Shown piece by piece: positions 18,883 to 27,722 of a DNA stretch of 64,000 nt. The position numbers were made by a program, and so were the translations under genes. The stretch's first letter is position 1. Each line of letters begins with the position of its first letter. This stretch comes from Candidatus Borrarchaeum weybense (lineage in GTDB: Archaea; Asgardarchaeota; Sifarchaeia; Borrarchaeales; Borrarchaeaceae), in assembly GCA_019057385.1 (NCBI GenBank), contig JAHQJS010000004.1, positions 128,001 through 192,000 of the forward strand, given 5' to 3'. The notes below the pieces were generated by a model, which saw nothing but the letters and a program-made list of their open reading frames with translations, was not told where the DNA came from and did not search any database.

Positions 18883-20298
18883 TCACTTTTCTTGAGATAG
18901 CTCTCCCATTTGTGAGATATATTCTTTATATCCCAATCGAAAAGAACTGTCAACGATTTTTGATATAGATGTAACTAATTTCCGAGACAAATCTTGCGCA
19001 ATAACCATACTGCTGGGCCCATAGATAGAGCCTTGCATCTCTGGAACAAATAAAGTATATGCATAGTTCGCAATTTTTTCCTGTTCTGTAACAGGGTCAT
19101 CTAGACTTAGAAATTCTAATCGAATAACATGAGGATCTCTTTTAAGATAGAACTCGTATAAATTGTCTATATCTGGCCTCCCCTTCTCTTTTCTCCTTTT
19201 TACTAAACAAGTTAGATCGCGGTCGCGCAGTAGATTATGAAATAGATAAAAATCGCCACTATCTTTGAGATTGGGAAGTAAAGCAGCCTTTATACTTTTT
19301 GTGAAAATATTATCTTGTGGTTCCCTCACCACACCAACCCATAAGATGTTCTTTTTTTCGCTTTCTTGTTGTATTTTTAAAAATAACTTATAAGCACTAT
19401 TCCTAAGTTCCATCAGTTTTCGGCTTTGTACAAAAATTCCATGTGGGAAAAGTGATCCGTTATGAAACAAAATCTCTAACTCATCGCCCCACTGATCAAT
19501 AGTCTCTAAATCCGCTTTATAATGTTGAATTTTCTCAAGAAATCGTGCTGCAATCGAGCGTCCTGCACTTAATAACTCTGGGAACTCGCTGACTAATTCA
19601 TAAAATGGCTCATCGGCAGTAAAAGGATCATTACCTGAAAAAGTTTCTGTGCGAGGATATTCTATTACTTCAGATTTGTTATGAATTAGCATATTTTTCT
19701 CAAAATATCCTATATACGAAACAGAACTTAGATATGTGATTGTAAAAAAGGCGAAATCATATAAAGTGATATCATTTTTTTTACGGATTGCAGATGAACC
19801 TGGAACATAAATATTGTCTAACATAACATTTTTTGCCATCTTTTGCATTATTATTGTCTCACCTATCAAATCGTCAAATGGAGGCGCAGAATTTGATAAC
19901 AGAGGATAAAAATCCTCTGCATATTCGTAGGCAAAATTTGCTTTCTCTATAACTTTTCTCACTTTGTCTGCAACAGGTTTTGTTTTTAAAATTGAGATGT
20001 ATGCTGGAGAAAAGAATTTAGTCAATTGTAACTGATACGGCTCAATATCTTGGACGTTTATAGCGGATTCTACAAATTCTAAATCTACATCGTACGTTCC
20101 ATGCCCTTTATAAGATAAAACGCCGAGAACAGTTAGATCGTCAATATAATCTCTGATTAAACGCTCAGATAAATCAGCGCGTTCAGCCAAACTTTTTACA
20201 TTAACTTCTCCTTCTTCCAAAAAGAGGTTTGTGCAAGTATTGATCAGAAACATGAGTCGAGCTTTGTATGTTGAACCTGTGCGTCCCATGATTTTCAC
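18883..20298 (-). CDS. wHTH fused to a NurA-like domain with degenerate active site
   Basis: N-terminal VKSLAERADLSERLIRDYIDDL wHTH; NurA-positioned motifs read PGS (for DGS), HNGSL (for DGSL), VGVVRE (for VGVVK) and VIAQDLS (for LAHELA); sits directly upstream of herA. Confidence 0.65.
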   Translation of the reverse strand: MKIMGRTGSTYKARLMFLINTCTNLFLEEGEVNVKSLAERADLSERLIRDYIDDLTVLGVLSYKGHGTYDVDLEFVESAINVQDIEPYQLQLTKFFSPAYISILKTKPVADKVRKVIEKANFAYEYAEDFYPLLSNSAPPFDDLIGETIIMQKMAKNVMLDNIYVPGSSAIRKKNDITLYDFAFFTITYLSSVSYIGYFEKNMLIHNKSEVIEYPRTETFSGNDPFTADEPFYELVSEFPELLSAGRSIAARFLEKIQHYKADLETIDQWGDELEILFHNGSLFPHGIFVQSRKLMELRNSAYKLFLKIQQESEKKNILWVGVVREPQDNIFTKSIKAALLPNLKDSGDFYLFHNLLRDRDLTCLVKRRKEKGRPDIDNLYEFYLKRDPHVIRLEFLSLDDPVTEQEKIANYAYTLFVPEMQGSIYGPSSMVIAQDLSRKLVTSISKIVDSSFRLGYKEYISQMGELSQEK

Positions 20299-20299
20299 C

Positions 20300-20328
20300 G
20301 AAATATATTTCCAATATAGATATATATA
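20300..20328 (-). promoter_or_regulatory. TATA box and palindromic operator GAAATATATTTC of the nurA-like/herA operon
   Basis: Minus strand TATATATA-N9-GAAATATATTTC; same arrangement at 24615-24643. Confidence 0.65.
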
Positions 20329-20432
20329 CTCAATGCTTGCTTAAATAAATTGTGCGTTTTTAGATTGGTATAGAAGTATAAGAAAAGAAATTACATGATG
20401 CATTATACATTGGTTGAGAATAATCTAATTTA

Positions 20433-23400
20433 CTTTCAATCCTTATTACTTAAGGAATTCTTTTGCAACCAGAAACAAAATGGACTATCTATGATCGAAC
20501 TAAGTGAAATTTCAATCCTTATTACTTAAGGAATTCTTTTGCAACCAAAATGAATGAATTAACATCTCTTGAACTAAAATATTGATTTCAATCCTTATTA
20601 CTTAAGGAATTCTTTTGCAACAAACAAAATGAGAAATTATGAGAAATTTTTGAGCACTAAAATTTCAATCCTTATTACTTAAGGAATTCTTTTGCAACTC
20701 ACTCATTCAACCAACTCCTATTTTTATAGGTGCTTTAATTTCAATCCTTATTACTTAAGGAATTCTTTTGCAACATCTCCAGATAATCGCGATTCCCCGG
20801 TTGCCATCTTGAATTTCAATCCTTATTACTTAAGGAATTCTTTTGCAACTGTACCTGGTACATTTGGAAGCTTTTTCCAGGTAATATCAATTTCAATCCT
20901 TATTACTTAAGGAATTCTTTTGCAACCTATAGCAGAAACATCAGGTACTACTACTCCTGGTACTCCTACAGAATTTCAATCCTTATTACTTAAGGAATTC
21001 TTTTGCAACAAAAGGAGGGGATAACATTAGAAAAGAGATTGTAGTTGTATTTCAATCCTTATTACTTAAGGAATTCTTTTGCAACTTAAAAGTAAGACTC
21101 CCCCCCAGATGGCCTCTAACGTTGATTTCAATCCTTATTACTTAAGGAATTCTTTTGCAACTAATTGCATGAGAACATCATTTCACGCGCCAACAGCATC
21201 TTGTATTTCAATCCTTATTACTTAAGGAATTCTTTTGCAACTTAATTTTGCCTTAAATGGTTTAGAAAGACTTCTATCACAATTTCAATCCTTATTACTT
21301 AAGGAATTCTTTTGCAACTAGCTCATACGGTCTTGCCACTGGAAATGGTGATTTATGAAAATTTCAATCCTTATTACTTAAGGAATTCTTTTGCAACATA
21401 TCCTCATGGTACTGTTCGGTACGAGCATCGCCGTGATTTCAATCCTTATTACTTAAGGAATTCTTTTGCAACGCGATTTAATTACACAATTACAAAAAGT
21501 ACATAATGAAAATTTCAATCCTTATTACTTAAGGAATTCTTTTGCAACATTTTTGAAACTAACGAAGATACGGTATAATTCTATTTATTTCAATCCTTAT
21601 TACTTAAGGAATTCTTTTGCAACGAAAATCATACAATTAGATTAGTAGTAGCAAAACCCTAATTTCAATCCTTATTACTTAAGGAATTCTTTTGCAACAT
21701 TCCGCCAAAGATCCCGCACTTCCGATTGTAAACAAATATTTCAATCCTTATTACTTAAGGAATTCTTTTGCAACGGAGGACGTGAGCAGCGTCCCCCTCA
21801 TTGGTGATGAGTATTTCAATCCTTATTACTTAAGGAATTCTTTTGCAACCATGAACCATAAAATAAAAACAAAGCATTGGATTAATGATTTCAATCCTTA
21901 TTACTTAAGGAATTCTTTTGCAACGCAATCGAGAAATTAGATCGCTATGAAGTAGTAAAACTAATTTCAATCCTTATTACTTAAGGAATTCTTTTGCAAC
22001 CTCAAATACAAATCAATGTATGAAGTGTCTAACAATTGAATTTCAATCCTTATTACTTAAGGAATTCTTTTGCAACGTATCTAATTCATGTTGGAGGAGC
22101 TTAAAGGCATCCTTTTTATTTCAATCCTTATTACTTAAGGAATTCTTTTGCAACTTAGCGTCATTAATCTCGTTACCCATACCATAACTGAAGATTTCAA
22201 TCCTTATTACTTAAGGAATTCTTTTGCAACTAAAGAATGAATGAACAGCAAGCGAAAGCCTGTTTAAATTTCAATCCTTATTACTTAAGGAATTCTTTTG
22301 CAACCCAGAGTGCGTGATTACAACACCATTCAGTATTTACTAAATTTCAATCCTTATTACTTAAGGAATTCTTTTGCAACTATCCGGTTAGATATCCCTA
22401 CTTCTGGTAGTGGATGGAATTTCAATCCTTATTACTTAAGGAATTCTTTTGCAACTGTGAGGAGGAAAAAAATGGCAACTAAAATCTGTACAAAAATTTC
22501 AATCCTTATTACTTAAGGAATTCTTTTGCAACTACTGTAGTTGAAGCGTTTCTACACTTATTATTGTTTTATTTCAATCCTTATTACTTAAGGAATTCTT
22601 TTGCAACCTAAGTTTCTAAGGTAGGATAGTTCATAATGTTCTTTTATTTCAATCCTTATTACTTAAGGAATTCTTTTGCAACTCGGTAGTTGCCCAGATA
22701 TCGATGGGCGCGCTTTATGACACATTTCAATCCTTATTACTTAAGGAATTCTTTTGCAACTTTACAGACACAAACTGGAGATTCACCAACAACCAGAGAT
22801 TTCAATCCTTATTACTTAAGGAATTCTTTTGCAACCTAAGTTTCTAAGGTAGGATAGTTCATAATGTTCTTTTATTTCAATCCTTATTACTTAAGGAATT
22901 CTTTTGCAACTCGGTAGTTGCCCAGATATCGATGGGCGCGCTTTATGACACATTTCAATCCTTATTACTTAAGGAATTCTTTTGCAACTTTACAGACACA
23001 AACTGGAGATTCACCAACAACCAGAGATTTCAATCCTTATTACTTAAGGAATTCTTTTGCAACGTAACTATACGCAATATGCATCTGATTTCAAATTATC
23101 AATTTCAATCCTTATTACTTAAGGAATTCTTTTGCAACACTTGTTTTCATGGTTTTCATACATTCTACATGGATCCAAATTTCAATCCTTATTACTTAAG
23201 GAATTCTTTTGCAACCTTGTTTTTTCATCCTGCGAGATTAGTATATAATGTTAAATTTCAATCCTTATTACTTAAGGAATTCTTTTGCAACTTTGGTGGT
23301 AGTTGTACCTATAATCTCTACGTACTTGAATTTCAATCCTTATTACTTAAGGAATTCTTTTGCAACTTTGTTGGAAATTTTCCACCAAGGAACTCGAAAT

Positions 23401-24129
23401 AATTAAATTTCAATCCTTATTACTTAAGGAATTCTTTTGCAACTTGTTTATAATCATAGTTCTTATGGCGAGATCAAGATAATTTCAATCCTTATTACTT
23501 AAGGAATTCTTTTGCAACGATATCCATTCATGAACAATACTTCGAGTTTATCTTTAATTTCAATCCTTATTACTTAAGGAATTCTTTTGCAACATGAGAT
23601 AAAAAAGAAACGAGAAGAAGAGGAAAGACAAAAAATTTCAATCCTTATTACTTAAGGAATTCTTTTGCAACCCGAAGGAAAGTCTCCGTAGTCTCCAGAT
23701 CCACTACCAGTATTTCAATCCTTATTACTTAAGGAATTCTTTTGCAACTTTCTCAACGCGCTTTTTATACGTCGCCTTTAACTCTTATTTCAATCCTTAT
23801 TACTTAAGGAATTCTTTTGCAACGAACGACAGAGCAAAAAGCCCTATTGTTAGCAACGAAAGAATTTCAATCCTTATTACTTAAGGAATTCTTTTGCAAC
23901 TCCGCCAGATTTTAGGAGAAAATTAAAACTTCTTAGAGAATTTCAATCCTTATTACTTAAGGAATTCTTTTGCAACTTAATTGTAAATTCGATTCTACAA
24001 AGACCTGCTGCTTTTATTTCAATCCTTATTACTTAAGGAATTCTTTTGCAACCTAAGATAAACTCAAAACCAATATCTGAATATGTTGTATGATTTCAAT
24101 CCTTATTACTTAAGGAATTCTTTTGCAAC
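20433..24129 (-). CRISPR. CRISPR array, 49 repeats / 48 spacers; repeat GTTGCAAAAGAATTCCTTAAGTAATAAGGATTGAAAT (37 bp)
   Basis: Direct repeats counted by hand, spacers about 37-46 nt; orientation from the ATTGAAAT 3' handle, the variant trailer repeat at 20433 and the leader beyond 24130. Confidence 0.99.
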
Positions 24130-24600
24130 CCTAGTTTATATTGAAGATAAGATAGGTAAAAAACCTTATGGTGCACCCTTTTCAGAGGCTGTTTGTGCTG
24201 GAGGGGCAATTGAGCTCTTCTTTATAAATACCAGCAGAAAACGCTCTCCAGGGAAGCCTTTATGACATTGCTCCTTTGGGTATGACACTGCCATTTTTGC
24301 TGGTCGTGCTTTTGATCACCTCCTTATAAATACCAGCAGAAATAGCCCTTTATAAAGGCTCTAAAAAAGTGCAAAATCGAGCGGCAAAGAGTTCAGACTG
24401 CACACTAAGAAAATTAAAGGAAAATCAACTGATTTTAACACCTAAGAGGTTGCTATCTACCATTTTATTAAATAATGCTACTTAAAACACATTTAAAATT
24501 CATTAAATCCTTTTGCGCCTCATATGAATACTATGAATAAAGAAGCCGACGTATTTTTGCCATAAACACCAGTTCCCAGTTAAATGATACTCACAACTTT
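24130..24600 (-). promoter_or_regulatory. CRISPR leader with internal direct repeats
   Basis: Non-coding; TTATAAATACCAGCAGAAA at 24222-24240 and 24324-24342; TATGACA(T/C)TGC occurs twice. Confidence 0.75.
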
Positions 24601-24614
24601 TATCGAGCGAAGAC

Positions 24615-24643
24615 TTTATATAGCCATTATGGAAATATATTTC
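24615..24643 (+). promoter_or_regulatory. TATA box and palindromic operator GAAATATATTTC of the DUF2797-cas1-cas2-cas4 operon
   Basis: TTTATATA-N9-GAAATATATTTC upstream of ATG 24679. Confidence 0.65.
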
Positions 24644-24678
24644 TATATAGTACCTATATTTCAATAAGTTGTGATCAT

Positions 24679-25590
24679 ATGCTTCAAATATTTCCCAAAC
24701 TCAATCTTGCACAAACTCAAGCAAAAAGTGACTTGCGTATAAACAATTATTTCTGGAAAGAATTTATGGATTTTTATGTGCCTTGCCTTTATATGAAAGC
24801 AGGATATCACCACTTTTCCTGTATATTGCATGGATCGCTCTATTTTAACCTCGGTAAACAGTTTTGTGTTAATTGTGGTGTTCATATCGCCCCTCATACC
24901 TCTCTATCTCTTTGCAATGCATGTTATCAAACTAAAGATACGGCACATCTTCTCTGTATTTTAAAGGGAGCTGGTGCCCCCTATGCCAAACTTTGCGATT
25001 TAGAGAATCCACCTTGTCACGATCTTTACAGAATAGAATCATTTTGCAAAACTGAACACATAGTATACATCGGAAGATTTGGATCACTTTTCAAAGTTGG
25101 TGTAACACGGAATTCACGGAAAGAAAATTCGGGTATCCATTCAAGGTTCTTAGATCAGGGACTTGATGAAGCCTTCATCATTTCTCAAGAACTTACACTT
25201 CCAGAAGCGCAAAGACTTGAAGCGAAATTATCTACGCTTCTAAGAATTCCCAAGTGGATCAGCTTCCCAGAAAAAGTGGAAAACATCATAAAAAATGCTA
25301 AAATGAATGATTCTTCAGATAAAGACGCCATTTCCGCAAAAATGAACTCAATTAGAACAATGCTGACCAAATTCGTACCAGAAGAGGCTGTTTCTCACGC
25401 TATTGTTGATCGCGCATATATGATTGGATACATCCACACTGATTGTCTTGAATGGATCTCACGACCCGAACAGTTAGAAGGAGAAGTAGTTGTAGCTAAA
25501 GGAAATGTTTTGATTACGCGACTTGGCTCAAATTATTTAGTTTATGATTTGGCCAAACTTCAAGGGCGAGAAATATTACTCGGAGGCTAA
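24679..25590 (+). CDS. DUF2797-like protein (Zn-binding Cys motifs + GIY-YIG/T5orf172-like core)
   Basis: CVNCG...CNAC, C...HIVYIGRF...FKVGVTR...RFLDQG...EAQRLE and GEVVVAKG match the DUF2797 pattern; stop is 2 nt before the cas1 ATG. Confidence 0.75.
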   Translation: MLQIFPKLNLAQTQAKSDLRINNYFWKEFMDFYVPCLYMKAGYHHFSCILHGSLYFNLGKQFCVNCGVHIAPHTSLSLCNACYQTKDTAHLLCILKGAGAPYAKLCDLENPPCHDLYRIESFCKTEHIVYIGRFGSLFKVGVTRNSRKENSGIHSRFLDQGLDEAFIISQELTLPEAQRLEAKLSTLLRIPKWISFPEKVENIIKNAKMNDSSDKDAISAKMNSIRTMLTKFVPEEAVSHAIVDRAYMIGYIHTDCLEWISRPEQLEGEVVVAKGNVLITRLGSNYLVYDLAKLQGREILLGG

Positions 25591-25592
25591 AT

Positions 25593-26615
25593 ATGATCGT
25601 CTTCGTCTCAGATCACGGGTCAAAAATTGGAAAACATGGTGAACGTATAAAAGTCACATCGCTTACTGGTGAGAAAAAAGAATATTCCGCTGTAAAAATC
25701 TCAGAGATTGTCATCGAAGCCAATGTTTCTATAAGTTCTCAAGTTCTCAAACTTTTAGCTCGACATGGTGTTCCTGTTCTTTTTGTTGGCAATCATAGGC
25801 CTTATGGCATTTTCCATCCATATGTCTCTCATGGGACAATTCTGACACGAAGAGAACAACTAACTGCGTATCATGATCAAAGAGGCACAAAAGCAGCCAT
25901 TGCCTTCGCTAAAGCAGCCATTCAAAATAAAGCATTCTTTATCAACTCACTCTTAAGAAATCGAAAGAAAACTCAACCAGAATTAGCTCAATCTTTAGAA
26001 GAAACGTATGAAAAAATAATCCAATTATCTAGTCTTGTGGATAACCACAAAGGTCATGTTGATATGATTAGAAACGCTTTGATGGGCATCGAAGGTAAAG
26101 CTACCGATTATTACTTCGAACAACTTAAAAAAGTGATACCGGACGACTTTCGTTTTAATGATCGAAATCGACGGCCTCCTCAAGATCCTGTAAATTCATT
26201 GCTCAGTTATGGTTACTCTGTATTAAATACTCGTGTGCTCTGCTATGTGATCTTAGCTGGACTTGATCCATTTTGTGGCTTCTTACATGCAGATCGATCT
26301 GGGAAACCATCTCTTACTCTTGATATCATCGAAGAATTTCGCCAGCCTATCGTAGACAGGATCGTGCTAAAGCTTGTTACCAGACGCATGATTGACCCCA
26401 ATAAAGACTTCGAAAAGAAAGATGGTATGTGCTTTATGTCTCAAAACGCTAAAACAACTTTGCTTGAAGCGCTGTTCGAGCGCTTTAGGACTTCAGTAAA
26501 ATATCACGATAAAAACGTGAAATTTGAAAATGTGATCTTTAAACAGACACGGCAACTTGCTGCATTCTTCATGCATCGTATTCCTGATTATGTACCGTTT
26601 ATCCCAGGGTGGTAA
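25593..26615 (+). CDS. cas1: CRISPR integrase Cas1
   Basis: MGIEG, RRPPQDPVNSLLSYGY and GFLH...SLTLDIIEEFR. Confidence 0.97.
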   Translation: MIVFVSDHGSKIGKHGERIKVTSLTGEKKEYSAVKISEIVIEANVSISSQVLKLLARHGVPVLFVGNHRPYGIFHPYVSHGTILTRREQLTAYHDQRGTKAAIAFAKAAIQNKAFFINSLLRNRKKTQPELAQSLEETYEKIIQLSSLVDNHKGHVDMIRNALMGIEGKATDYYFEQLKKVIPDDFRFNDRNRRPPQDPVNSLLSYGYSVLNTRVLCYVILAGLDPFCGFLHADRSGKPSLTLDIIEEFRQPIVDRIVLKLVTRRMIDPNKDFEKKDGMCFMSQNAKTTLLEALFERFRTSVKYHDKNVKFENVIFKQTRQLAAFFMHRIPDYVPFIPGW

Positions 26616-26902
26616 CTATTCCCGATCAAATTGTCACTTATGATATCCCTAATGACTCCTTAAGAAAGAAGATATCCGATAAATTGCTCGATTACGGCCT
26701 TTCCCGAATTCAATTCAGTGTCTTTCAAGGACGCCTCAGCAGGAATATGATCGAAATGCTGGCGATTGAAATAAAGGAATTGTTAGATAAACAAGATGGG
26801 GACATCCGTATCTTCACAATTTGCGGAATTTGCCTGAAAAAGACTCTTCTCATCACCAATAACCCTACTCCAGTTAAAGGAGGCATCTTGCAAGTATGTT
26901 GA
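26609..26902 (+). CDS. cas2: Cas2
   Basis: VTYDIPND, YGLSRIQFSVFQG and ICGIC. Confidence 0.95.
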   Translation: MVTIPDQIVTYDIPNDSLRKKISDKLLDYGLSRIQFSVFQGRLSRNMIEMLAIEIKELLDKQDGDIRIFTICGICLKKTLLITNNPTPVKGGILQVC

Positions 26903-27477
26903 TATCAAAAAGTCTCTGGTTCACTCCAGAAGCCGTCCGCCAACATGTGTATTGCCCTCGAATTACATACTTTAGATATGTAGATGATACTTCTGTGCAA
27001 ATGACGATAAAAATGAAAAAAGGCGTAGATGACCACGAAAAAACGTTACGCGGAAAAAATACTTCTAATAGAAGAAGTAATGTTATCCGATATTATAACC
27101 TTAGACTGGAAAACCCGTATTTCCGCTTGTATGGCTTGTTAGATGTTGCAGAAGTAAAGGATAGTGAAATATATCCCGTAGATCGAAAAACTGGTAAAGC
27201 CCCTGAACATGGAGTTTATCGCCCTCATCGATTTCAGTTAGTTGCAGAAGCGTTTCTCATAGAAGCTAATTTCGGAAGAGACGTCTCTAAAGGAGTTATT
27301 GAATATAGGAACGCAGGGAGGAGAGTGGTAATTCTCTCTATAAAGGATAAATTAGAGTTCATAAATATATTAAATAAAATGAGACAAGTTGTTTCTCAAG
27401 AAAAATTACTGAAACCAACTCCTCACCTCAGAAAATGCACGGATTGTGAATATTGGAAAAAATGTAGAAGAGTTTAA
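26896..27477 (+). CDS. cas4: Cas4
   Basis: YCPR, GLLD...PVDRK, QL and C-terminal CTDCEYWKKC. Confidence 0.93.
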   Translation: MLISKSLWFTPEAVRQHVYCPRITYFRYVDDTSVQMTIKMKKGVDDHEKTLRGKNTSNRRSNVIRYYNLRLENPYFRLYGLLDVAEVKDSEIYPVDRKTGKAPEHGVYRPHRFQLVAEAFLIEANFGRDVSKGVIEYRNAGRRVVILSIKDKLEFINILNKMRQVVSQEKLLKPTPHLRKCTDCEYWKKCRRV

Positions 27478-27722
27478 ATAAAAAATCAATAAATATCACT
27501 TGAAGGCTTATATTGAATATAATGAAACAATTATCTCTCAAGAAAAAACTATGATAATTTAAATAGTTGATAGACAAATTGTCACAGAAAAGCAATGACA
27601 TATCTGCTTCCGCAGAGTACTGATGACGAACTTTAGGTATACAAAACTCTCATGTGGGCGGGGGGTTACTACGATTTTCAAGCATCAACGCTATTGGAAT
27701 CACATATAAAGGTGAGAAATTG

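Noticed and set aside
22381-23711. Spacers 26 and 43 share CTGGTAGTGGAT on opposite strands
   Set aside because: 12 nt only with unrelated flanks; cannot support a common target
24184-24193. Segment after solitary repeat D (AACAGGCTCT) matching the leader (AACAGCCTCT) except at position 6
   Set aside because: Only 10 nt with no extension; expected by chance
20692-24265. ORFs with repeated FNPYYLRNSFAT / FQSLLLKEFFCN
   Set aside because: Translations of CRISPR repeats
24639-24647. Spacer C2 seed ATTTCTA overlapping the operator of the cas1 operon
   Set aside because: Seven AT-rich nucleotides then mismatches; insufficient
27478-27722. cas4-cas8b gap as a CreTA-like locus (attggaat and aatgaaac handle-like ends)
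   Set aside because: Similarity to the repeat is too weak and there is no CCTTA/TAAGG stem; more simply the cas8b promoter
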